Source of the DNA: an uncultured Acidobacteriota bacterium
GTDB taxonomy: Bacteria; Acidobacteriota; Thermoanaerobaculia; Multivoradales; UBA5704
Direction: 5' to 3'
Length of the DNA stretch: 64,000 bases
Assembly (NCBI GenBank): GCA_963756595.1
Contig: CAVWOZ010000040.1
Location: 81-64,080 of the forward strand
Part shown: piece after piece, positions 32,235 to 43,000 of the stretch
How positions within the stretch are numbered: the stretch's first letter is position 1
How the letters are laid out: the number at the start of each line of letters is the position of its first letter
The notes under the pieces: model-generated
The model's database searches: none
What the model saw: the letters and a program-made list of their open reading frames with translations, nothing else
Told to the model about the DNA's origin: nothing
Made by a program: the position numbers and the translations under genes

Positions 32235-33025
32235 AGAAGCGCGAGGCGAGCGGAGATGGGGTGCTGGTGCTGGTCGACGTCGGCAACACCAACACGGTGT
32301 TCGGCGTCTACCGCGGCGACGAGCTGGCGGAGAGCTTCCGCCTGTCGACCGACACCGAGCGCACGGCGGACGAGTACGGGGCCCTCCTCCTCCCCCTCTT
32401 CCAACTCGCCGGGATCGCTCCCGCGAGCGCCGAGGCGGTGGTGATCTCCTCGGTGGTGCCGCCCCTCCACCTGACCCTCGACCGCATGGCGCGCCGCTAC
32501 TTCGGCAAGAAGCCGCTGTTCATCGAGCCGGGGGTGCGCACCGGCATGCCGATCCGCTACGACAACCCGACCGAGGTGGGGGCGGACCGCATCGTCAACG
32601 CCGTGGCGGCCCGCGAGCGCTACGGCTCGCCGGTGATCGTGGTCGACTTCGGCACCGCCACCACCTTCGACGTGGTCAACGCGGCGGGGGAGTACATGGG
32701 GGGGATCATCACCCCGGGGATCACCATCTCGGCCGAGGCTCTGTTCGCCCACGCCTCGCGCCTCTACCGGGTCGACGTACGCAAGCCCTCCGAGCTGGTG
32801 GGGAGGAACACCGCCGCCGCCATGCAGGCCGGCATCTACTACGGCTACATCGGCCTCGTCGACGGTATCCTCGAGCGGCTGCTCGCCGAGATCCCCGACG
32901 TCAAGGGGATCGTCGCCACCGGCGGCCAGGCGCAGCTGATCGCCTCGGGCTCGAAGTTCATCCGCGAGGTCGACCCCGACCTGACCCTCACCGGCCTGAA
33001 GCTGATCTATGAGCGGAACCGGTAG
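32231..33025 (+). CDS. coaX: type III pantothenate kinase
   Basis: DVGNTN, SSVVP, GADR, VDFGTATT and TGG. Confidence 0.95.
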   Translation: MKKREASGDGVLVLVDVGNTNTVFGVYRGDELAESFRLSTDTERTADEYGALLLPLFQLAGIAPASAEAVVISSVVPPLHLTLDRMARRYFGKKPLFIEPGVRTGMPIRYDNPTEVGADRIVNAVAARERYGSPVIVVDFGTATTFDVVNAAGEYMGGIITPGITISAEALFAHASRLYRVDVRKPSELVGRNTAAAMQAGIYYGYIGLVDGILERLLAEIPDVKGIVATGGQAQLIASGSKFIREVDPDLTLTGLKLIYERNR

Positions 33026-33080
33026 GTCTGGAATAAAGATCAGTGAATTTTTCTGCCGTCCAGTTTCATAATGGAAATCT

Positions 33081-33809
33081 TTAGATAATCTCACTGAAGT
33101 CTTTGTAAGGCGGATGCTCGCCGGCATCCGCCGGCCGGTTGCCCGGGCGGACGAGCAGGCCGGTGCGGCAGCCGGCGCGGGCTGCGGCGTCGAGCTCGGC
33201 GACGACGTCCGAGAGGAAGAGGATCTCCGAGGCCGGCAGCGCGAAACCGGCGGCGATCGCGGCGTACGAGGCCGGCTCCTGCTTGGGGCCGGTCAGCGTG
33301 TCGTGGAACCCTTCGAAGCGTGAGGTGAGGTCGCCGAATCCGGTGTGCCCGAAGAGGAGCTTCTGGGCTCGCACGCTCCCCGACGAGAAGATGCGCAGCC
33401 GCAATCCGCCCTGCCGCCAGGCGTCGAGCGCCGGCGGAACGTCGGGATAGACGTGCCCCAGGATCTCCCCGCGGGCGTACCCCTCCTCCCAGATCAGCCC
33501 CTGCAAAGCCTTGAGCCCCGTTGACTTGCGGTCGCGCGCCATCAGCCAGCGAGCGAACGGGGCGCCGTCGCCGAAGGGGGGCGGCGGGTCGTTCGCCGAT
33601 GCGGCTGCCGCCATCTCGGCAGCATGCTCGGCGCGCAGCCGGGCGAGCGCTTCGCCGAGCTCGGGGCCCGGATCGCGCGCCGCGCAGGTCGCCTCCAGAC
33701 GGGCCGCGGCGTAGGGGAAGAGGACGTCGTAGACGAAGGCGATCGAGGTGGTCGTCCCCTCGATGTCGGTGAGGATGGCGCGCGGCGCGGAGGTCGGGAT
33801 GGCGGGCAT
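33081..33809 (-). CDS. mtnC: enolase-phosphatase E1 (acireductone synthase)
   Basis: TDIEGTTTSIAFVYDVLFPYA, DRKSTGLKALQG, SSGSV.AQKLLF and FLSD..ELDAA. Confidence 0.92.
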   Translation of the reverse strand: MPAIPTSAPRAILTDIEGTTTSIAFVYDVLFPYAAARLEATCAARDPGPELGEALARLRAEHAAEMAAAASANDPPPPFGDGAPFARWLMARDRKSTGLKALQGLIWEEGYARGEILGHVYPDVPPALDAWRQGGLRLRIFSSGSVRAQKLLFGHTGFGDLTSRFEGFHDTLTGPKQEPASYAAIAAGFALPASEILFLSDVVAELDAAARAGCRTGLLVRPGNRPADAGEHPPYKDFSEII

Positions 33810-34096
33810 CGAGCGGATTTGTATCACGCCGGCCGGCGCCGATTCGATCGACCGTTGACCCGTCAGGCTTTTCGCTTGGAAAATCCTTGAAAATACATTG
33901 ATACGGTGTTGTCCCTTTCCCTCTGGTTGGCTGCACTACTGACTCAACCGTCCACTACGACGTGCTGACCGGTACCAGGTCGAGCGTCGTTAAACCTCGA
34001 AGCATTTCGAGTTTTTAGAGCGCAGGCCAGATCCATGCGCGTTGCATGGACAAAGGGGAGCTGTTGTTTGAACCGGAGCCGATCAGGAGCCATGCG

Positions 34097-37000
34097 ATGA
34101 GCCAAGAGAGCAGCCCGGGGGCGACTCTGATCGAGATGTTGCGCAACCGGGCCGAGCGGCGGGGGGACGATCTCTCCTACACGTTCCTGCTCGACGGCGA
34201 GACGGCGGAAGCCCACCTCACCTATGCCGAGCTCGACCGGCGGGCTCGCGGCCTCGCCGCGACCCTGGCGCGGGAAGGGATCGCCCCAGGTGAGCGCGTG
34301 CTCCTCCTCTATCCGCCGGGGCTCGACTACATCACGGCCTTCTTCGGCTGCCTCTATGCCGGGGCGGTGGCGGTCCCCGCCTACCCGCCGCGGTCGCGCC
34401 GTCCGTCGGCGCGCCTGGCCTCGATCCAGGAGAGCGCCGGGGCCCGCGCGGTGCTGGCTCCCGCGGCGGTGCTCGCCGGGCTCGACCGCCAGCTCGAGCG
34501 CCCCGCGGGGGTCCTCTGGCTCGCCGCCGAGGGAGAGACGCTTTCCGAAGGCGCCGAGGAGTGGCGGCACCCGGGAGTCGACGGCGAGGCGCTCGCCTTC
34601 CTCCAGTACACCTCCGGCTCCACGGCGGCCCCCAAGGGGGTGATGCTCCGCCACGCCAACCTGCTCGCCAACCTGGAGCAGATCCGCCTCGCCTTCGCGC
34701 AGACGGCGCAGGAGCGGACGGTGATCTGGCTGCCGCCCTACCACGACATGGGGCTGATCGGCGGCATCCTCACCCCACTCTACGTGGGGAACCCGGCGGT
34801 CCTCCTGTCGCCGGTCTCGTTCCTCCAGCGCCCCTTACGCTGGCTGCAGGCGATCTCGCGCCACCGCGGCACCACCAGCGGCGGCCCCAACTTCGCCTAC
34901 GACCTCTGCGTCGAGAAGATCGGCCCCGCCGAGCGCGAAGCGCTCGACCTCTCGAGCTGGACCCTGGCGTTCAACGGCGCCGAGCCGGTGCGCGCCGAGA
35001 CCCTCGAGCGCTTCGCCGCGGCCTTCGCGCCCTGCGGCTTCCGCGCCGAGGCGTTCCTCCCCTGCTACGGGCTGGCCGAGGGGACCCTCCTCGCCGCCTC
35101 CGGCCGGCGCGGCGCCGGCGCCGCGGTCGCCGCCTTCGCGGCCGGCGAGCTCGAGCGCCACCGCGCGGTGCCGGCGGATGGTGCCGAGGCCGCCCGCGTC
35201 CTGGTCGGCGCCGGCACGCCCCCGGAGGGCGCGCGGCTGTTGGTCGTCGACCCCGAATCGGGGGCCCTCCGCGGCCACGGCGAGGTGGGGGAGATCTGGA
35301 TCGCCGGGCCGGCGGTGGCCGCCGGCTACTGGGACCTCCCGGAGGTCACGGCGGCGAGCTTCGGCGCCCGCACGGCGGATGGCGACGGCCCGTTCCTGCG
35401 CACCGGTGACCTCGGCTTCCTGGGCGCCGGCGGTGAGCTGTTCGTCACCGGCCGGCAGAAGGACCTGATCATCCTGCGCGGCAGGAACCACTATCCGCAG
35501 GACCTCGAGCTGACCGTCGAGCGCAGCCATCCGGCGCTGCGCCCCGGCTGCGGCGCCGCCTTCACGGTGGACGCCGATGCTGGCGGCGGCGAGCAGCTGG
35601 TGGTGGTGCAGGAGGTGCGGCGCGAGCAGCGGCGCGACGACCCGGCCGAGATCGTGGCCGCCATCCGCCGCGCGGTCGCCGAGGAGCACGAGGTGACGGT
35701 CCACGCCGTCGTCCTGCTGCGCCCGGCGACCCTCCCCAAGACGACCAGCGGCAAGGTGCAGCGCGCCGCGACCCGCGCCCGCTATCTCGAAGGGACCCTC
35801 GACGCGCTCGACGCCTGGCAGGCGCCGGCCGCCGAGGCGCTGGCTGCCGACGAGGCCGCCGCGGACGAGCCGGAGGACTTCACCACGCCCGCCGGGGTCG
35901 GCCGCTGGCTGGCCGCCCAGGTGGCGGCGCGGGCGGCGGTCGCCCGCCGCGAGATCGAGCTCGACCAGCCGCTCGCCCACTACCCGCTCGACTCGCTGGC
36001 CGCCATGGAGCTGATGCACGCCGTCGAGTCGCGCTTCGGGGTGACGCTGTCGATGGAGAGCTTCTTCGCCGGCGCGAGCCTGGCCGAGCTGGCGGATACG
36101 ATCTTCGAGCGCGCGGCGAGCTCGACGGCGCCGCTCCCCGGCGCCCCCGCGGCGGTGGACCCGGTGGGGGACCACCCGCTGTCGCGCGGCCAGCAGTCGC
36201 TCTGGTTCCTCCACGCCCTCGACCCCGCGGGGTCGGCCTACAACGTGACCAGCGCGGTCAGGGTGCGCGGCGAGCTCGAGGTGGCGGCGCTCCAGGCGTC
36301 GATCGCGGCGCTGGTCGACCGCCACCCGGTGCTGCGCACCACCTTCCCGACCTCGCGCGGCGAGCCGGTGCAGCGGGTCCACCCGGCGGGGAGCCCGGCG
36401 TTCATCCCGGCGCTCGGCGAGACCGACGCCCAGGGGTGGAGCGATCACCGCCTGGCCGACTACCTGGCGGCCGAGGGACGGCGCCCGTTCGACCTCGAGC
36501 GCGGGCCGCTGATGCGGGTGGTCCTGCTCACCCGCTCGGCGCTCGAGCACGTGCTGCTGCTGTCGATGCACCACATCGTCACCGACTTCTGGTCGCTCGG
36601 GCTGCTGCTCGACGACCTGGCGCTGCTCTACCCGGCGCTCAAGGGGGGCGGGAGGGCGACGCCCCCCGCGCTCCCCTCGCCGGGGCTCGCCTACACCGAC
36701 TACGTGCGCTGGCAGGAGGAGCTGCTGGCGAGCCCTCCGGGCGAGGAGCTGTGGGAGTACTGGCGGACGCGCCTCGCCGGCGAGCTGCCGGTCCTCGACC
36801 TCCACACCGACCGGCCCCGCCCGCGGGTGCAGACCTACGAGGGGGCGGCGGTGCAGCTCCACCTGCAACCCCACCTCTCGGCGCGGATCAAGGCGCTCGG
36901 GCGGCGGCGCGAGGCGACCCCGTTCGTCACCCTGCTCGCCGCCTTCGAGACGCTGCTCCACCGCTACACCCGGCAGGACGACCTGCTGGTCGGCTCGGTG

Positions 37001-40000
37001 ACCGCCGCCCGCACCCGCGCCGGCTTCGCGCGCACGCTCGGCTACTGCGTCAACCCGCTGGTGTTGCGCGCCGACTTCGGTGCCAGTGGCATGGGCGCCA
37101 GCGGCGGCGAGGACCCCGGCTTCGCGGAGATCCTCGGCCGCACGCGGGCCGACGCGCTCGGCGCCTTCGAGCACCAGGACTTCCCCTTCCCGCTCCTCGT
37201 CGAGCGGCTGCAACCGCAGCGCGATCCCGGCCGCTCCCCCCTCTTCCAGGTGATGTTCGTGCTCCAGAAGGCGCAGCTCGCCGACGGCCAGGAGCTCACC
37301 GCCTGCGCCCTCGGCGAGCCGGGGGCCTACGCCAACGTCGGCGGCCTGCGGCTCGAGATCGTGCCGCTCGAGCAGCGCATCGCCCAGTTCGACCTCACCC
37401 TCACCATGGGGGAGGTGGGGGAGGCGTTCGTCGCCTCCTTCGACTACAACGTGCAGCTCTTCGACGCCGCGACGGTCGGCCGCTGGGCGCGCCACTTCGA
37501 GCGGCTGCTCGCGGGGATCGCCGAGCATCCGGAGGCGCCCGTCTCGGTGCTGCCGCTGATGACCGCCGAGGAGGAGCGGCAGCTGATCGCGGTGTGGAAC
37601 GACACCGGGATCGAGTTCCGCCACGAGGCGACGCTCGCCGACCTGCTCGCCGAGCAGGCGGCGCGCACCCCCGAGGCGACCGCCCTGCTGTTCGGCGGCG
37701 ACCGGCTCACCTACGGCGAGCTCGACCGCCGCGCCAACCGGGTGGCGCGCCGCCTGCGCGCTCTCGGCGTCGCCCCCGAGTCGCGGGTCGCCGTCTGCCT
37801 CGAGCGCTCGCCGGCGCTGATGGTGGCGCTGATCGGCGTCCTCAAGGCCGGCGGCGCCTACCTCCCCGTCGACCCCGAGACGCCGCGCGGCCGGGTCGCC
37901 TCGCTGCTCGACAGCGCCGGGGTGGAGGTCGTGATCACCGAGGAGCGCCTGCGCGCGCTGATCGAGACGGACGAAGCACCGCCGGCCGGGTTGCGGCTGC
38001 TCGCCCTCGACAGCGGCTGGGCGGAGATCGCCCGCGAGAGCGATTCGCCGCTCGCCCAGACCGCGCTGTCGGCGACGGCGACCAACCTCGCCTGCGTCAT
38101 CTACACCTCGGGCTCGACCGGCATCCCGAAGGGGGTCCTGCTCACCCACCGCAACCTGGTCAACCTGGTCGCCTCGTTCCTCGGCAGCTACGCGCCGGGA
38201 CCGGCGGACCGCATCCTGCCGCTGACCGCGATCGGCTTCGCCAGCTTCGTGGGGGAGATCTTCCCCCTGCTCTGCGCCGGCGGCACCCTGGTCCTCCCCG
38301 AGCGCGCCGAGCTGCTCGACGTCTCGGCGCTGGTCGACCTGATCGGCCGCCACGAGGTGTCGATCGTCTCGACCGTGCCGTCGATGATGGCCTCCCTGAA
38401 CTCGTTGCGCGACCGGCTGCCGCGGCTGCGGCTGCTGCTGGTCGGCGGTGAGGCGCTGTCGGCGGGCGACGTCGACAAGCTGCTCGGCAGCGCGCGGATC
38501 GTCAACGGCTACGGCCTGACCGAGACCAGCGTCTGCTCGACCTGCCACACGGTCACCGCGGCCGACCTCGTCCCGGGGGTGATCCCGCCGATCGGCCGGC
38601 CGCTGATGAACCACCGGGTCCACCTGCTCGACCGCTCGTTCCAGTCGCTGCCGGTCGGCTGCCCGGGGGAGATCTACGTCGCCGGCGACGGCCTCGCCCG
38701 CGCCTACCTGGGCGACCCCGCCGCCACCGCCGAGCGCTTCCTCCCCGACCCCTGGGACACCGGCGGGCGGATGTACCGCACCGGCGACCTCGGCCTGCTG
38801 CGCTCGGACGGCGAGCTGATCTACCTCGGCCGCGTCGACCAGCAGGTCAAGCTGCGCGGCTTCCGCATCGAGCTGGCGGAGATCGAGTCGGTCCTCGCCC
38901 TCCACCCGCGGGTCAGGGAGAGCTGCGTCACCGTGCGCAACGACGGCGGCGAGGCGCAGCTGGTCGCCTACCTGGTGCCGGAGCAGGGGGAGTCCCCCCA
39001 CCCTCCAACGGTCGGCGAGCTCCTCGCCTACCTGCGCGAGCGGCTGCCGGACTACATGGTGCCGGCGGCGCTGGTGACCCTCAGGGCGCTGCCGCTCACC
39101 CTGAACGGCAAGGTCGACCTCACGCTCCTGCCGGCGCCGGACCGCTCCCGGCCGTCGCTCGCCAGCGCCTACAGCGCGCCGCAGAGCGAGCTCGAGCGCA
39201 CCATCACCGCCGCCTGGCAGGCGGAGCTGAACGTCGAGGCGGTGGGGGTGGACGACAACTTCTTCGACCTCGGCGGGCACTCGCTACGCATGGCGAAGGT
39301 GCACGCGCGCCTCAAGGAGGCGTTGGGCCGCGAGATCTCGCTGATCGAGCTCTTCCAGTACCCGACCGTCTCCTCGCTCGCCCGCCATCTGTCGGGCGCC
39401 GCGGACGCCGCGACGGCGGAGGGGGGAGCTCAGGTCTCCCGCCGCGCCCGCTCGCAGCACCCGCAGCAAGCGGCGGGCGGCCACGTCGACATCGCCATCG
39501 TCGGCATGGGCGGGCGCTTCCCGGGCGCCAAGGGGGTGGAGGAGCTGTGGCGCAACGTCGCCGGCGGGCGCGAGGGGATCACCTTCTTCACCGCCGAGGA
39601 GCTGCTGGCGGCGGGGGTCGACCCCGCCATGGTGGCCAACCCGAACTACGTGCGGGCCAAGGGGATCCTCGGCGACGTCGATCTCTTCGACGCCGCCTTC
39701 TTCGGCCTCAACCCGCGCGAGGTCGAGCTGATGGACCCCCAGCACCGGATCTTCCTCGAGATCGCCTGGGAGGCGCTCGAGCACGCCGGCTGGGACTCCG
39801 ACCGCTTCCCCGGGCTGATCGGGGTGTACGCGGGGATGAGCATGAACACCTACATGATCATGAACCTCCTCCCCCACATGGAGCTGGTCGCCTCGGTCGA
39901 CACCCTGCAGGCGTCGCTCGGCAACGACAAGGACCCGCTGACCTCGCGGATCTCCTACAAGCTGAACCTGAAGGGGCCGAGCGTCACCATCCAGAGCGCC

Positions 40001-43000
40001 TCGTCGACCTCGCTGGTGGCGGTCCATCAGGCCTGCCAGGCGCTCCTCCAGCACGACTGCGACATGGCGCTCGCCGGCGGCGTCTCGATCCACCTGCCGG
40101 AGGCATCGGGCTACCTCTACCAGGAAGGGGGGACGACGGCGCGCGACGGCCACTGCCGCGCCTTCGACGCCGCAGCCACCGGCTTCGTCTCCGGCCACGG
40201 CGCCGGCGTAGTGGTGTTGAAGCGCCTCGCCGACGCGCTCGCCGACGGCGACACCGTCTACGCCGTGATCAAGGGGTCGGCCTGCAACAACGACGGCTCG
40301 CTCAAGGTCAGCTTCTCGGCGCCGTCGGTCGAGGGGCAGGTCGACGTCTACAGGCAGGCCTACGCCAACGCCGGCGTCGATCCGCGCACCGTCTCCTACA
40401 TCGAGTGCCACGGCACCGGCACGGCGCTCGGCGATCCGATCGAGATCGCCGCCCTGTCGCGGGTGTTCGCGGACGGGCGGGAAGGAGGGGACGGCCGCCG
40501 CAACTACTGCGCGATCGGCTCGCTGAAGACCAACATCGGCCACCTCGACACCGCGGCCGGCGTCTGCGGCCTGATCAAGGCCGCCCTCGCTCTCCATCAC
40601 GGGGCGATCCCGCCGAGTCTCCACTTCGAGAGCCCCAACCCGCGGATCGACTTCGCGGGGAGCCCGTTCTTCGTCAACACGGAGCTGCGCCCCTGGCCGG
40701 CCGGGCTCCGCCGCGCCGGCGTCACCTCGCTGGGCATGGGCGGGACCAACGCCCACGTGGTCCTCGAGGAGGCCCCCGCGGCGACGCCGGAAACGGCGGC
40801 CAGCGGCTCGCGCCCGCACCAGCTCCTGCTCCTCTCGGCGAAGAGCGCCGCCGCCCTCGAGCGCGCGACGGCGCGCCTCGCCGACCGCCTGCGCGAGGGG
40901 GTCGAAGGGGAGCCGGGGCTCGACCTCGCGGACGTCGCCTTCACCCTCACCCACGGGCGCAAGCCCTTCCAGCACCGCCGGGCGCTCCTCGCGAGCGACC
41001 TCGCCGACGCCGCGACGGCGCTCGAGACCCTCGACCCCGAGCGCCTGCTGACCACCGCCCCCGAGGCCGGCGACCGGCCGGTCGCCTTCCTGTTTCCCGG
41101 GCAGGGGGCGCAGTACCTCGGCATGGGGCGCGGCCTCTACGATTCCGAGCCGGGCTTCCGGGCCGACGTCGACCTCTGCTGCCGGCTCCTCCTGCCGCAT
41201 CTCGGCCTCGACCTGCGCCAGGTGCTCTTTCAGGAGGAGGACGAGGCGGCGGCCTCCGAGCGCCTGCAGGGGACGCAGCTCGCACAGGCCGCCCTCTTCG
41301 TCGTCTCCTGGGCGACGGCGCGGCTCTGGCTGAGCTGGGGGGTGCGCCCGGAGGCGATGCTCGGCCACTCGATCGGCGAGTACGTGGCGGCCTGCCTGGC
41401 CGGCGTCTTCTCGCTCGAGGACGCGCTCGCGGTGGTGGCGGTGCGCGGCCGGCTGATGAGCCAGATGCCGCCGGGGGCCATGCTCGGCGTGCCGCTCCCC
41501 GAGGCCGAGGTGCTGCCGCTCCTCGGCGAGGAGCTGTCGCTCGCCGCCGTCAACCGCCCGTCGGTGTCGGTGGTGTCGGGGCCGGTCGAGGCGATCGAGG
41601 AGCTGTCGGCGCGGCTCGCCCTCCAGGGGCTCACCTGCCGGCGCCTCCACACCTCCCACGCCTTCCACTCGCGGATGATGGAGCCGGTGCTCCAGCCGTT
41701 CGTCGAGCAGGTCAAGCGGGTGCGCCTCGAGCCGCCGCGGCTGCCGTTCCTGTCGAACGTCACCGGCACCTGGATCCGCCCCGAGGAGGCGACCGACCCG
41801 GCTTACTGGGCGCGCCAGCTCCGCCAGGGGGTGCGCTTCGCCGACGGCGTCGCCCTGCTGCTCGCCGAGCCGCACCGCATCCTGCTCGAGGTGGGGCCGG
41901 GGAACACCCTGTCGACCCTCGCCCGCCAGCACCCGGCGGCGGGGGCGGGGCACGCGATGACCCCCTCCCTGCGCCACCCCAAGCAGGCGGAGCCGGACGC
42001 GGCGGTGCTGCTCCAGGCCGTGGCCCGCTTCTGGCTCGCCGGCGGCGAGATCGACTGGACGGGGTTCTGGGCCGGCGAACGGCGCCGCCGGCTGGCGCTG
42101 CCGACCTATCCGTTCGAGCGCCGGCGCTACTGGGTCGATCCGCTCCCCAGGAGCGCCGCGCCCAAAAAGTCGAAGGGGCGGCGCGGCGATCCGGCCGAAT
42201 GGCTCTACGCGCCGGTCTGGAAGCAGTCGCGCCTGCCGCTGGCGCCCGTTGAGAAGACGGCGGCCGAGAACGAGACCTGGCTCCTCTTCCTCGACGCCGC
42301 CGGCCTCGGCGAGGCGCTCGCGGCGCGGCTCGAGCGGGACGGGCGGACGGTCGTCCGCGTGGCGGCGGGGGAGTCCTTCTCGCGCGGTCCCTCGGGCTTC
42401 ACCGTGGCGCCGGGGAAGCGGGCGGACTACGACGCCCTGCTCGACGCGCTCGGCCGCAACCCTGCCCACGTCCTCCACCTGTGGAACGCCGGCGACGCGC
42501 CCGACGCTCCAGATACCCTCGACGCCGCCCTCGACCGCTCCTTCTACAGCCTGGTCTTCCTGGCCCAGGCGCTCGCGCGGCAGAGCGCGACCGACCCGAC
42601 GGCGATCACCGTGGTGTCGACCGGCCTCGCCGAGGTCACCGGCGAAGAGGCGCTCGATCCACGCCGCGCGGCGCTGCTCGGCCCCGTCGAGGTCGTCCCG
42701 CGCGAGTACCCGAGCCTCACCTGCCGGAGCCTCGACGTCACGCTCGGCAATGCGGCGGCGCTGGACCGCACGGCCGGGCTGATCCTCGCCGAGATCGGCC
42801 GCGGCACTCCCGGCGATGGCCACGGCGAAGCGCCGACGGTCGCCTTCCGCGGCAGCCTGCGCTGGGTCCGCGTCCACGAGCCGGTGCCGCTGCCGGCCCC
42901 GGCGCCCGATGCCGCGCCGGTGCTGCGCCCGCGCGGCGTCTGCCTGATCACCGGCGGCATGGGGGGGCTCGGCCTCGAGCTCGCCGAGCACCTCGCCCAG

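Noticed and set aside
33860-34050. Fur box or sigma54 promoter upstream of the BGC (siderophore hypothesis)
   Set aside because: No convincing GATAATGAT-type palindrome, and the TGG-N-TTG match lacks the -12 GC.
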